Shown here: positions 30,109-40,601 of the stretch, piece by piece
How the letters are laid out: each line of letters opens with the position of its first letter
Numbering within the stretch: position 1 is the first letter of the stretch
Virus record (IMG/VR): IMGVR_UViG_3300037478_000449
Location: 1-64,000 of that record
Length of the DNA stretch: 64,000 nucleotides
Direction: 5' to 3' (one strand)
Origin: a virus
Position numbers and translations under genes: made by a program
Notes under the pieces: model-generated
What the model was told of the DNA's origin: nothing
Databases searched by the model: none
Seen by the model: the letters and a program-made list of their open reading frames with translations, nothing else

Positions 30109-30327
30109 TCACTGTTCCTCCTCGTCGATCTTCATCAGTTCAGCGAGCCCGTCCAGCACGGGCACCCCTCCCCCACCGGTCCTCACCGGTGCCCTCACCC
30201 GCGGTTTTGGTGCGAGCACCAGCCCGAGCCGGGAAGCGCACACCCTGCCCAATCCGACGGCGCACCACCGCGGGTCGGACAACACACGACGGCAGCGGTT
30301 GCACCGAGTCAGGGTGTTGGCGGCCAT
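30109..30327 (-). CDS. DUF6011-like zinc-ribbon protein
   Basis: CNRCRRVLSDP...GLGRVCA. Confidence 0.7.
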   Translation of the reverse strand: MAANTLTRCNRCRRVLSDPRWCAVGLGRVCASRLGLVLAPKPRVRAPVRTGGGGVPVLDGLAELMKIDEEEQ

Positions 30328-30330
30328 GGC

Positions 30331-30810
30331 TCACCGTTCGCCTGTCCCGGGCAACAGGGCCGGCATCTCACCTCGGCCGTACGCGGCCTCTAGCTGCGGC
30401 GCGGCCCACTCCCCAACCGTCGCCCCACTGGGCAAGAGCACATGGGCCAAGAACTCCTCTTCGATCGTGGAAACCTGGGCTGCGACGGCTTCCAACTTGG
30501 CCTTGATCACCAATGCCAAGGCTCGCCACCGCTGCCGCACCGCCCGGTCGTACTCCGCCCGGGCCGCACTATCAGGCCTCGCCCTTCCGGTCGGCGTCTT
30601 GGTGAACTCCCGCCCGCGGCGGTCCGGCATCGGCAGCCGGAACCGCACCCGGCGGGTACCGCGCGGAGTACCGATCTCGAACATGATCGTCGCGGTGCCG
30701 TTGTCCCAGCCGTACGCGAACGCGGTCGCCCCGTAGCGCTCCAGGGTCCGCTCGATCTCGTCGCGGCTGCGGGCGCTAGGCACCTCGGTCCGCTCGGCGT
30801 ACCGGCTCAC
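30331..30810 (-). CDS. Conserved phage hypothetical protein
   Basis: YAERTEVP..SRDEIERTLERYGA...WRALALVIKAKLEAV...EEEFLA. Confidence 0.7.
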   Translation of the reverse strand: MSRYAERTEVPSARSRDEIERTLERYGATAFAYGWDNGTATIMFEIGTPRGTRRVRFRLPMPDRRGREFTKTPTGRARPDSAARAEYDRAVRQRWRALALVIKAKLEAVAAQVSTIEEEFLAHVLLPSGATVGEWAAPQLEAAYGRGEMPALLPGTGER

Positions 30811-31396
30811 TGTTCGCTCACCCATCCCTCGTAGCAGCCGTGGATGCACGCCCCCGTCCCGTCGCAGGGATGGCAGCGCACCACATCGTCATCGCCTCCG
30901 GTGCCGTCACAGTCCAGACACCGCCCGGTACCGGCGCACCAGGTGCACTTCCACCCGCACGGACCCTCATGCCCGGCCCCGTCGGGGGTGTCCAGGGCAC
31001 AGCAGCCCCAGTCCTCCACCGACTCCGCCGGACCCTGGCCGGGTACCGGATGCTGCACGCTCATGCCGCCTCGCTCCCTTCGCTGCGGCGCCAGTAGCGC
31101 GGCGACACGGGGCACAGCTGGCACGCCCTCACGTACCGCTGGCCCCGCCAGTCGGGGGCGTGCTGGCCGCAGCACTTCCCGGGTGGGGCGTTCGGATCAG
31201 CGGCGGTCGCCCGCAGCTCCGCCAGATCAACTCCACGCATCGGCTTCCACCTCTCGCATCAAAGTCGTGTCCCTGCTATCGACCGGTGCCGCGACGGGCT
31301 CGACAGCCGGGCAGTCCGGGCAGCCGCACGGCACCCCCGGTTCGCACCCCACTCGGACTAGGAAGTCGTTGGCCAGCCACGTCTCACAGACCACCA

Positions 31397-33010
31397 TCAC
31401 GCCCCTCCCCCATCCGGAACGCCGAGCGCCCACTTCCACGGCCAGTCATGCGGATCGCCGTAGGTCAGGAACCCCGGCCAGTTCCGGTCATCCCGGCCGC
31501 CCCGCCACGGCACCACCTCAACGTCGATCGGACGGCCACCGATCATGCGCGGCGGGTCGCCGGCCGGCCGAATCCCGAGGCCAAACTCAGGCCAGCGCAG
31601 CAGCAAGCTGGACCCAGCGGGACGGACCTGCCGCTTTAGGCCAGACTCGCCATGCCCGGCGTGTGCCTCGGTGACCAGCGCGCAGTCCACGGCGGTCCGC
31701 ACCCGGTCGAGAACGGCAACGACCCTCCGGGCCGGCAGCTCGTCGTTCATGTTTGCGTTATGGAGCCGGTAGAACGGGCCGATGAACAGCACGTCCGGCC
31801 GGTGGGCGGTGACCCGTTCCATGAGCCAGTTCTCCCACTCGTCACGGGTCAGGTCGACGCCCTCAGGCTTGTGGATCAGGCGTAGACCACCGCCCGGGAC
31901 CCGGTGCTGGTGCTTGATCGACGCTGCCGCTAGTGGACGAAACTTGCGCCGTGACTGGCGGACCGAGTTTTCGCAGTCAATGAACAGCACCCGGTGCGGA
32001 CGGCACTCGCCGTGCCGGTGCCAGTAGAACGGGTGCAGCCCGGCGGCGATCATCACCGCCATCTGCCGTGCGACCATGCTCTTGCCCAGACCCTCGAACC
32101 CGGTCAGGATCAACCGGTCTCCCCGTTCCAGAATGTCCGGAACGATCCAGTCGTACGCCTCGTCTGGGGTGGCGATGAACTCCCACAGGTCTGGCGCCAA
32201 GTCGGGCTTGGCCTCTTCCTCGCTGGAAAAGGTCTGCTCCAGCTCGGCGAGGCTGTGTCCCGCAGCAACGTGGTCTGTCGCGTCCTTGCCCGCCTTGGCC
32301 TCGACGATGTAGACCGCGCCCACCAACCCGAGCAGCGCGTCGCGGACCTTCCTGGCGTGCGCCCGGCCCGGGTCGTCCCGGTCGGCGACGATCGTCACCA
32401 CCGCCGCGCCCTTCAGCATGTCGCTGTATTCGTCCCGCCACTTGCCGGCGCCGCCCGGGTTGCAGGTGGCGACCAGGCCGTGCCGCTCCAGCGTGTGGAC
32501 GTCCTTCTCTCCCTCGCACAGGTACACCTCGCGGCCCTCAGCGACCGCCGCCAGCACTCGCGGCAAGCGGTACAGGACGCGTCGGATATCGCCGAGCTTC
32601 CACGCCCAACCGCCCTTGGCCGACGGGTCCGGGACCCGCTGGCGGAAGTCTTTGTTTGCGGTACGGCACACCTGAAACAGCAGCTCGCCGTTCTCGTCGC
32701 GGTAGTCGTAGACCGCGACCGCCGGACCGGCGGGTGTCCAGTCGTCGCTGCCGTTGCTGGACTGGTCACGCGGTTTGGACAGGTCTTCCCAGGTCAGGCC
32801 GAGCGCGGTTAGCACGTCCCGCGGGTCGCAGCCGGCCTGGCAGTGGAACACCACCGGGTGCTTCTCGCCGGGGCCGATGGTCAGGCTCGCGGTGTGGTCT
32901 TCGTGGGCCGGACACCGGACCACGAAGCCAGCCCCGGACCGGCGGACCGAGTGAAACTTCGGGAGGACGATCTCCCGTAGCGGGTCAGCGGGGATCAATT
33001 GTCCCACCAC
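31397..33010 (-). CDS. DNA primase-helicase (Zn finger + Toprim + AAA_25/RecA-like)
   Basis: CPAHED...HCQAGC; LCEGEKD, ADRDDPG; GFEGLGKS Walker A. Confidence 0.9.
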   Translation of the reverse strand: MVGQLIPADPLREIVLPKFHSVRRSGAGFVVRCPAHEDHTASLTIGPGEKHPVVFHCQAGCDPRDVLTALGLTWEDLSKPRDQSSNGSDDWTPAGPAVAVYDYRDENGELLFQVCRTANKDFRQRVPDPSAKGGWAWKLGDIRRVLYRLPRVLAAVAEGREVYLCEGEKDVHTLERHGLVATCNPGGAGKWRDEYSDMLKGAAVVTIVADRDDPGRAHARKVRDALLGLVGAVYIVEAKAGKDATDHVAAGHSLAELEQTFSSEEEAKPDLAPDLWEFIATPDEAYDWIVPDILERGDRLILTGFEGLGKSMVARQMAVMIAAGLHPFYWHRHGECRPHRVLFIDCENSVRQSRRKFRPLAAASIKHQHRVPGGGLRLIHKPEGVDLTRDEWENWLMERVTAHRPDVLFIGPFYRLHNANMNDELPARRVVAVLDRVRTAVDCALVTEAHAGHGESGLKRQVRPAGSSLLLRWPEFGLGIRPAGDPPRMIGGRPIDVEVVPWRGGRDDRNWPGFLTYGDPHDWPWKWALGVPDGGGA

Positions 33011-33936
33011 CCGGATTCATCGGGGGCCGTGGCGGGAGCCGGTTCGTCGGCCCACCGCTCGCCGTTGATCCAGCCCTGCGCCATCTTGACCTTCGAGGGC
33101 TCGGTCTGCTCGCGGCGCATCCTCTGGGCGTAGCGGGCAGCGCCTGCGATCATCACGTCCGGGTCGATCTTCTTCTTCACGACCGCGGCCACGAACGCCT
33201 TGCGGGCGTCCGCCTTGCCATCTCTGCGCGGGAAGGCGGTCCAGAACTCGACCCACTTCGGATCTTCGTCGCTGCCTACCGCCGGTGCCTTGATCGGCTG
33301 GCCGTCGAGCAGTAGGCCGCCGGCTTCGACGTGGCCTGGTGGAGATGTATTGGGGGAAGGGGATTCGGGGATCGGGGAGTCACTACTCCCTCTCCGTACC
33401 ACTCCCCGTTCCCCGGGAGTGCCGGTCGAAGGGTTCCCGGAAGGGGTGGCGGAAGGGTTCGGCCGCCCCTCCGGGTAGGGGTTCCCTATGGCCTCAAGCA
33501 TCTGGGCGATGATCGGCCCGGAGTCTTTCGGCATCTCCAGCTTCTGGATCCGCCGCAGCTCCTCGGCGAGCACGAAGCGGATCGACCGACTACGAACGGT
33601 CGGCAACGTGTCGGCGGCTGACCGCAGTACGTTGGGCTGCCGGAACACCTTGTCCCGCCTGATCAGCGCCCTGACCAACAGCTCCTCGGTGTCGAAGTCC
33701 AGAACCACCTTCTCCGCCGCTGCCAGCTCGTCCAGGTCCGCCAATACTTCGGCCTCAGTCAGGTCAGCCGCGGCGCTGGCCCACCGCCGCATCCGCAGCC
33801 CGAGCACGCCCGTGTGCGCCAAGTCCGGCTGCGACAGGAGGAAGAAGTACGTCCCCTGCGCCCGCCGGGTCAGCCCGGTGAAGTCCGAGTCAACGTCCCA
33901 GATGTCCACGGTGATCCGTGCCTCGCTACGTGCCAC
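32995..33936 (-). CDS. Phage replication initiator/replisome organiser
   Basis: MARSEARITVDIW..DF..L N-terminus, FWTAFPRRDGKADARKAF, GWINGERW. Contains internal repeats. Sits upstream of the helicase. Confidence 0.75.
   Translation of the reverse strand: MARSEARITVDIWDVDSDFTGLTRRAQGTYFFLLSQPDLAHTGVLGLRMRRWASAAADLTEAEVLADLDELAAAEKVVLDFDTEELLVRALIRRDKVFRQPNVLRSAADTLPTVRSRSIRFVLAEELRRIQKLEMPKDSGPIIAQMLEAIGNPYPEGRPNPSATPSGNPSTGTPGERGVVRRGSSDSPIPESPSPNTSPPGHVEAGGLLLDGQPIKAPAVGSDEDPKWVEFWTAFPRRDGKADARKAFVAAVVKKKIDPDVMIAGAARYAQRMRREQTEPSKVKMAQGWINGERWADEPAPATAPDESGWWDN
33429..33486. repeat. Iteron-like GGAAGGG repeats inside the initiator gene (putative ori)
   Basis: AAGGGTTCCCGGAAGGGGTGGCGGAAGGGTTC at 33429-33460, ~12-bp period. 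Confidence 0.65.
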
Positions 33937-33963
33937 TTGCTCTCCTGTGCGGACGGTTGCGAT

Positions 33964-34007
33964 AAGGGTTCCCGGAAGGGGTGGCGGAAGGGTTCCCGGA
34001 AGGGTTT
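33964..34007. repeat. Second iteron cluster upstream of the initiator gene
   Basis: Exact 32-bp copy (33964-33995) of 33429-33460 plus an extra unit. Confidence 0.7.
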
Positions 34008-34605
34008 ACGCTGCTGGCGCCTCCCCGTGCTCGAACCGTGCGCCGCGGGCCGCGCGATAGGCGGCCAGGATGACCGGGTAGTTGCCACTCCGTAGTCGGC
34101 CGTCCGCTATACGCGGGCAGCCGCACTCGACCAGTCCGCCTCTGCCGTAGGGCTGGATATCGAAGTGGCGTCCGGTCGGGCAGGCACACCAGGCAAGGTG
34201 CCAGTTTCCGATGATGACGATTCCCGGGTCGTGCCAGGACTTGGCCCGGGGCGGTCCCTCCCGGTCGACCGTTGCCGGGTCCGGTATCGGTCCGATCAGC
34301 ATGGCCGCCTTGTCGTGGTCCCACTCGGTTGCGATCTCCCCCGCGAAGTCCTCCCACCGCCTGACGCCCTCCGGGTCATGCGCGCCCGCATTCGCAGGCT
34401 TGATCTCCAGCCATAGCCCGAGGTCCGCCAAGTAGTAGTCGGGCAGGTAGGGCCGCCGCTCCCGGCCAACAAGGAAACCCTGCGGCTCGTACTCCCACTT
34501 CAGTTCGAGTGCGTCAAAGAAGACAGCCCAACGCGCCTCTTGGCGAGACCGGAACCGGCATCCGCCGTACGAGGTTTGGATGGCGCGCCCTGCCGTCAGG
34601 CTCAC
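34006..34605 (-). CDS. PD-(D/E)xK nuclease-like protein
   Basis: FRSRQEARWAVFFD...WEYEP...YLPDY...LEIKP. Confidence 0.8.
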   Translation of the reverse strand: MSLTAGRAIQTSYGGCRFRSRQEARWAVFFDALELKWEYEPQGFLVGRERRPYLPDYYLADLGLWLEIKPANAGAHDPEGVRRWEDFAGEIATEWDHDKAAMLIGPIPDPATVDREGPPRAKSWHDPGIVIIGNWHLAWCACPTGRHFDIQPYGRGGLVECGCPRIADGRLRSGNYPVILAAYRAARGARFEHGEAPAA

Positions 34606-34769
34606 CGGTCTTCCTCTTCGCCTGGCAGTTCGTCTCCGGGCATCTCCATGAGCACCCGCCGTCGACGTTCCCGAGCGGCCTCGTCGTCCTGAGGCGTAAG
34701 CGGGTCAGGCGGTGGTGTCGCCTTCGGGCGGTACCGCTCTTCCACCAGATCTGAGATCAGGTCTTTCAT
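34602..34769 (-). CDS. Small hypothetical protein
   Basis: Manually translated MKDLISDLVEERYRPK..., coupled to the downstream gene. Confidence 0.45.
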   Translation of the reverse strand: MKDLISDLVEERYRPKATPPPDPLTPQDDEAARERRRRVLMEMPGDELPGEEEDR

Positions 34770-34929
34770 CAAGTCCCCCGATATGGTTGTCGCATTGCCC
34801 TGTGCAAGTTACACTCAGCGTAGCCGTTGACCTTGCGGTCAACTGTACAGGAAGGCTACCAGAGTGACGGCCACTCCCGCACCAGCCCAGACAGACGTTC
34901 GGCCACATAGCTGGCCGTACACTCCGACC

Positions 34930-35136
34930 ATGGCCAGACGGAGGATGCTCGGGGTCCAAGAGGCCCGGGCGCAGTTCTCGGCCCGGATCGACGCGGCCGA
35001 AACTGACGGGGAACACACGATCCTGCTCCGGCGCAGCCGGCCGGCCGCAGTCATCGTGCCCGCCGAGTGGTACCAGCGCGTCAGTGCGCTGGCAGGTGAG
35101 CCATGGGAGGACTGGGTACCGCCCGACGGGTCCTGA
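34930..35136 (+). CDS. Phd/YefM-like antitoxin-fold DNA-binding protein (orphan)
   Basis: GVQEARAQFSARID...TILLRRSRPAAVIVPAEWY. TACACT 6 nt before ATG (leaderless). Confidence 0.8.
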   Translation: MARRRMLGVQEARAQFSARIDAAETDGEHTILLRRSRPAAVIVPAEWYQRVSALAGEPWEDWVPPDGS

Positions 35137-35144
35137 CCGGCCCA

Positions 35145-35633
35145 TTACGCCACCCCCGCCCGGGTGGTGCGGACGCCCTTGGGCCGCTCCGCCGGATCGT
35201 CAATGTCGTCCCACGCCCACGCCGTGGCCCAGCCGTACCGTGCCGCGACCGTCCGCGCGTGCGTAGCAGTCCTGCCCGCCGGTGGCGGTAGGGCGGTCAG
35301 CTGGTCGAACAGCGCAGCGACCTGGCCGGCGGTGCGGCGGAGCACACCGCGGGTGCGGACCGCCCGGGCGAGCTGGCGCAGCCACGCCTCCGTGCAGCCC
35401 AGCCGCCGGGCCAACTCGGCGAACGGGTGGCCGTATGCGACCAGCGCCTGAACCCGGCGGGACGTGCCCGTAGCGTCGACCAGCGCCGGCACGCCCCGGC
35501 CCTCACGGTGCCGTTTGGCGCGGATCCGCTCAGCGTCACGGCAGGGTAGGCAGTGGCAGCGCCAGTACCGGTACCGGCGGGCGGTGCCGTGCGGCGGCGG
35601 GGGGCGTCTACGCCGCCGCGGCGAGTCGGGCAT
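35145..35633 (-). CDS. HTH/zinc-binding phage protein
   Basis: HGT..Y...CHCLPC and ALVAYGHPFAELARRLG. Confidence 0.6.
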   Translation of the reverse strand: MPDSPRRRRRPPPPHGTARRYRYWRCHCLPCRDAERIRAKRHREGRGVPALVDATGTSRRVQALVAYGHPFAELARRLGCTEAWLRQLARAVRTRGVLRRTAGQVAALFDQLTALPPPAGRTATHARTVAARYGWATAWAWDDIDDPAERPKGVRTTRAGVA

Positions 35634-36277
35634 GGCCGGTCACCTCCTCCTCCACAAGCTCGGGGTGTGCGGTCGAGTAGTGCGCGTCGAGTGCGGCCAG
35701 TGCGGCGTCCAGGTCGCCCCGGCCGCGGGCGGCCGGCACAGGCTGCCACCGCCGGTACGCCCGGCAGCCGGGTTCGCCGCAGCGCCACCGGGGACGGACC
35801 GGTTCACGCACCGGTGGTCACCTCCTGCCGGTCGCTGCGGGCGTGCCGCGGCTCGTAGCCCAGCCCGGGGTCCAGCTCCTGGCACGCCTCGCACAGCAGC
35901 TCGCCGTGGGCGAAGTGCCGCTGCCGGGCGGCTGGGGTGCCACACGGCTGTAGGTCGTTCGGGCCGGGACGCTCAGCCACCCTCGGCCCCCTCGCCCCCG
36001 TTGGTCTCGGGCATGGTCGCCACCAACCCGGCCGCGGTCTGCCGCACCACCGCACCCTGCCCAGAACACGGCGGCTGCCGCGCCGGGTCACGCCGATGCC
36101 ACGGCACCACCTCCCCGTACAACCCGGTCAGCGCAATACGCCGGTTACACACCGGGCAGCGCACCGTGGGCACCTCTGGGATCAGGCTCCCCACCACGTC
36201 ACACCCCTTCCCCTCTCCCACGCCAGACCGGCTCGCCCACCGGCACGGGTGTCAGCCGCGCCGGAGAGCCAGCCGCC

Positions 36278-36844
36278 CTAGCCGACGTTCTCGATCGTGG
36301 CCACGCCAAGCGGCTCGACATCCTGTCGAGGAAGCGGCTCCTCGTACACCAAGGCGCTGATGCCGTTGCCGACGGTGTACTCCATGTAGGAGCCGGACAC
36401 GGCGTCCTTGCCGTAGTAGGCGTTGCACTGGCCGCCGGAGTAATACACCCCGTCCATCGCCGGAGCCGGCACCTGGAACTGGGTGCTATTGCCGTCGCCG
36501 GGCCGGTCCTCCCACCGGTACGTAGGCGTCAGGCTGGCGCAGTAGCTGACCGGCAGGCCCTCGAAGATGAAGTACCCGACCATCTGCCCATTGCTGGCCA
36601 GCAGGTAGACGTAGCTCAGCTTGCCGGGCTCCTGCCCCCACGTCTCTAGCCAGAAGTTGATCGTCTCCCGGGTGCTTGAGTATCCGGCCGACTGCGCCGG
36701 CTGTGCAGCGGCCAGACGCTCGTAGTTCGACTGCTGCCGGCCGGACTCCTGCTCCTGGGCCGATGGCCCCCCGTCGCAACTGCTAGCGCCGAGCAGTACG
36801 AGCGCGGCGCCGGCGGCGGTGATGGTGATCAGCTTGCGGTGCAT
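36278..36844 (-). CDS. Lipoprotein
   Basis: Signal peptide ending LLGASSC. Confidence 0.7.
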   Translation of the reverse strand: MHRKLITITAAGAALVLLGASSCDGGPSAQEQESGRQQSNYERLAAAQPAQSAGYSSTRETINFWLETWGQEPGKLSYVYLLASNGQMVGYFIFEGLPVSYCASLTPTYRWEDRPGDGNSTQFQVPAPAMDGVYYSGGQCNAYYGKDAVSGSYMEYTVGNGISALVYEEPLPRQDVEPLGVATIENVG

Positions 36845-37311
36845 GCGGTCTCCTTGTTGTCGACGTGCAACTCGGCAGGCAGGTCCGCATCCCGGAACTG
36901 CCCGCTGGTGTAGTCCTTGCTGGCCTCACTGTTGTACTGCCGGATCTTCCCGTCGCGTTGCGCCTGGTTAGCCGTGATCGCGCCCTGGATCTGCTCAGCG
37001 CGGCTCTGTGACGGGTCTCCGTCCAGCTCGGTTCGAAGCGCCCGGATCGTGTCCTCATGACCCTGGATCGACGCGCACAGGTCGAAGAAGTATTCGTAGG
37101 CGCTGATCCGGTTGTCGGCGTTGGCCTTGATCTGCTCCAGCGCTGCGGTCTCCCCCCGGAAGTCGGCGGTGCTGCGCTGGAACATGCCCCACCCGAAGAT
37201 GGCCATCGACCCGACCAGGATGGCCACGGTCAAGGCGACCGCCGCGCCGCCGATCACCCACCAGGTTCCGGTGGCGATCTGCCGCGCGGACGGCCTCTCG
37301 AACTCGTACAC
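36829..37311 (-). CDS. Membrane-anchored coiled-coil protein
   Basis: N-terminal TM helix then helical region. Overlaps the lipoprotein gene. Confidence 0.65.
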   Translation of the reverse strand: MYEFERPSARQIATGTWWVIGGAAVALTVAILVGSMAIFGWGMFQRSTADFRGETAALEQIKANADNRISAYEYFFDLCASIQGHEDTIRALRTELDGDPSQSRAEQIQGAITANQAQRDGKIRQYNSEASKDYTSGQFRDADLPAELHVDNKETACTAS

Positions 37312-37314
37312 GTG

Positions 37315-37842
37315 CTACCCCTCTTCCTCTCGTTGCTGGGTCTCCCCAAGTTGGGTGGCCACCCGGGTGGCCACGTCCGGCGGCAGCATCCACGGCACCC
37401 CCTGCTGGCCCCGGCAGTACACCGGCTCCGGCAGGTGCACGATGTTGTCCAGCACCAGATGCCAGGCCAGCACCTGCCGCCGGCTGGTGCTGTAGTAGCG
37501 GTCGCCACACGGCAGGCAGCAGGTGCCCACGTCCGGCTGAACCTGGTGGCAGTCGACCAGCGTGGCCACCTTCACCACGGCCCCCACCGGCTGGCCAATC
37601 CGAACCCTGCTGCCCCACATGGCCGCGACCCGCAGGTCCCGGTCCGCTGCCGCGTCCGCGACCCTCGCCGCGTGCAGCGCCAGCCGCCCCCGGTACCGGA
37701 CATGCCGGCCGCGGTTCTCGACCTGTTTGAACCCGTGGGCTATGCAGTCGATCCAGGGCCGGCGGATTGTGATCGCCGGGAACCGGTCCGGCACGCCAAG
37801 CCGGACGCCCGCCGGCTGTACCAACGTGGCGGCCCGACTCAC
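37315..37842 (-). CDS. ASCH domain protein
   Basis: AITIRRPWIDCIAHGFKQVENR...YRGRLALHA. Confidence 0.85.
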   Translation of the reverse strand: MSRAATLVQPAGVRLGVPDRFPAITIRRPWIDCIAHGFKQVENRGRHVRYRGRLALHAARVADAAADRDLRVAAMWGSRVRIGQPVGAVVKVATLVDCHQVQPDVGTCCLPCGDRYYSTSRRQVLAWHLVLDNIVHLPEPVYCRGQQGVPWMLPPDVATRVATQLGETQQREEEG

Positions 37843-38318
37843 CGCGCCCACCCGGCCGACTCGGCGGCATCCATCGCCTCTAGCGCGGCGTCGATGTCCG
37901 CGGCCAGCTCGTCAGCGAGCGCGTTCGGGGCCGACCCGCTAAGCTCGCCCAGCCGGCGCCGCGCGGACTCCACGATCCCGGCTAGCGTCTCGGCCCGCAT
38001 CACGTCGTCGAAGGTGGCCACCTGCTCGGTGACGTGGGAGCACCACTGCCCTTCCGGCGGGTCTTCGTCTTCGCAGTCCCCTTCGCAGCAAGCCTCCGGC
38101 CCGCGCAGGTAGGACGCCGGCGCCAGTCGCTCCACTTCGTCGGCCAGGGCGGGGGCGTCCCCGGCGGACGCTGCCGCCGCCTCCAGCAGACCCATCGGGT
38201 CCTCATAGGGGAGCCCGGCGTACAGACCCTCACCCTGTCGTAGCCGCCACGCCTCCACCGCTGGCGCCGCGTCCAACGCCCGGCCCCGCATCTGTTGTAG
38301 CTCGGCCGCGTCGATCAC
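37839..38318 (-). CDS. Hypothetical protein
   Basis: Coupled ORF. Confidence 0.55.
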   Translation of the reverse strand: MIDAAELQQMRGRALDAAPAVEAWRLRQGEGLYAGLPYEDPMGLLEAAAASAGDAPALADEVERLAPASYLRGPEACCEGDCEDEDPPEGQWCSHVTEQVATFDDVMRAETLAGIVESARRRLGELSGSAPNALADELAADIDAALEAMDAAESAGWAR

Positions 38319-38525
38319 CCCGCCACCTCCCCGGCTACGGCTGGCGCACCATGCGCCAGCGCCTCCACCACCCGCTCGGCCACATGCCGCCGGTGCACGT
38401 CCCCAAGGTGATCCGGCGACAGCAGCTCACCGAGCCGGTCGCCACACGCGCACTGGGCGCGTAGCCCCCAAAAGGTCTCCACGGTCTCGCCCCGCGAGTG
38501 CAGCAGCAGCACTCCGGCGACCAGC

Positions 38526-39428
38526 TCAGCCGACACGGGACACCTCCCGCGGGTACTCGCGGACCTGGAGATCCGGCGGGAACGCCTCGATGTCGTGGTG
38601 GTTGCGTCCCCAGTGGGAGCCCAACTGCTTGACGAACAGGGCCGTCCCGGCGCCCTGGCACTGATCAGCCAGCGAGCGCACCCAGTCCAGCTTCATCGGC
38701 CGGGCGCCCGGCCCGGACTCGCCGCCCGCGATCAGCCAGTCAACGCCGGTCAGATCGAGCGACGGCAGCGGACCCAGCAGCGGCTCGGCGGAGATGAACC
38801 GGACCGCTGCCGGCGTCCCGCGCAGCCGCCCGGCGCGGCGACAGTGTCCGTCGTCCTCAATCGACGTCCCGATCCACGCGTTCGGCAGCGGCCACTTCAT
38901 GCGGTGGTACAGCCCGGACTCCAGCCCCGGCACGTACGTCGGGCTGTGCGGCGTAGCGGCCCACTCCATCTCGGACCGGAAGTGGACACCCGGTACATGT
39001 CCGGCGTCGCACCGGCACTCGTCGGTGAGCATCCGCGCCAGCCGCTCCGGCCGCTTCGTGAGGATCTGGTAGGTGTGCTGCGGCGTCGCGGCCATCACCG
39101 CGAACACCCGGGCCACGAACTCGCGCGGCACGCGGGCGTGCCCCAGGTCACTCATGCTGTTGACGAACACGGTGCGTGGCTTCCGCCACCGCAGCGGCTT
39201 CGGCAAGGTGCCCGGGTGAAGTGCCAGCCCAAACCCCGGCCCGGAGGTGCGCGGGTCACCGTCCGTCTGGTACTTCGGCGAGCCCATCGCCTTTAGCCGC
39301 TTCGCCAGCGTGAGCGCATAGCAGTTGTCGCACCCTGCCGAAATACGGTCACAGCCGGTCGCGGGGTTCCACGTCTCGCCCTTCGTTCCTGGGCGGTGCG
39401 TCCACTCGATCGCGGTGCCGTCAGCCAC
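38526..39428 (-). CDS. DUF5131 (phage Gp37/Gp68) radical-SAM-like protein
   Basis: IEWT...TWNPATGCDRISAGCDNCYA, FVNSMSDL, ISAEPLLG, GGESGPGARP. Confidence 0.9.
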   Translation of the reverse strand: MADGTAIEWTHRPGTKGETWNPATGCDRISAGCDNCYALTLAKRLKAMGSPKYQTDGDPRTSGPGFGLALHPGTLPKPLRWRKPRTVFVNSMSDLGHARVPREFVARVFAVMAATPQHTYQILTKRPERLARMLTDECRCDAGHVPGVHFRSEMEWAATPHSPTYVPGLESGLYHRMKWPLPNAWIGTSIEDDGHCRRAGRLRGTPAAVRFISAEPLLGPLPSLDLTGVDWLIAGGESGPGARPMKLDWVRSLADQCQGAGTALFVKQLGSHWGRNHHDIEAFPPDLQVREYPREVSRVG

Positions 39429-40601
39429 GGCGGTTCCTCCCCGCCACGCACCCGCATCCGTACCGCATCTGTTGCCAGAACTCGTCACCCAGCTCGGCGT
39501 GGACAGCCAGCCGGGCGGTAACTCCCCGCTTGCCGGCGGCGGCCCGGTCCCGGGCGCGCGGGTAGAACTCGCGCCACGCCTGGTCTTCGGTCGCGAACAC
39601 CTCCCTCGACGGGCCGGCGGACAGATCGGCGACCAGCACCCCGAACGGATGCCCGCAGCTGTGGGAGAACACCCAGTCGCACGCGGCCAACGGCACCACC
39701 TGCCCGTCCACCTCCACATGCAGCTCAGCCACGGCCGTCCACCTCCTCCACAGTCGGCATGTCTGGCGTCTCGACGTACTCGATCCGCACCACGAGCCGG
39801 CCGCCTACGGCGGCGATGGTGACCGCACCCGGCGGCACCTCCGCCTGCGGGTGGTCGGCGGCGATCTGCCGGTAGTCGGACAGGGCCTGATGCAGTGCCG
39901 TGATCGCGTCTACGGCGTCGGCCACCGCCGGACCGGACACCGTGACGACGTGCCGCTCGGTCCGCTCCCACTGCTCACCCACGGCGGGCCTCCCGTTCCT
40001 GCCAGCGGTCTACCCTCGCGGTCCGGGTCTGGCGCCGGAGCATGACCTCGCGGGCCAGCCACACCCCGACCGCGACCGGGGCCATCCCCAGCACCGTCAG
40101 CGAGTAGGGCAGCGCCAGGCCCGGCTCGTGCTGCCAGTCGGCCAGCACGCCGAGCAGCAGCATTCCCGGCCATGCCAGCCACGGCACCGCGGCGGACACC
40201 ACCCGCCCGGCAGGGCCGACACCGGGTGTGGCGTCGGGGATCAGCAGCCGGGACAGCACGCTGCGGCCGGTCACCGGGCCACCGCCCCGGCATACTTCGC
40301 CACGGCCGCTTCCAGTTCCCCGACCGCAACCCGGCCCGGCCGATAGTCCTTGGCGTGCCCGCGGGGCGCCTCAGTGATCACACCCGCAGCGTCGAACCGG
40401 AAGTACGCGTACCGGTCAAGCGAACCCCCGTAAGTACCCGGGACGGACGACACCAGCACCCGGGCGAAGTAGCCCTCATCGCCGTCGTCCCGGCCTACTG
40501 CCGGATGCGTACCCATGACCGGTGGCAGCGGCACCAGCCGGAACCGCTGCTCGATCTCCGCGAACTGGATCACCCGCGCCGGCTTCGTCTTCGCTGCCAT
40601 A

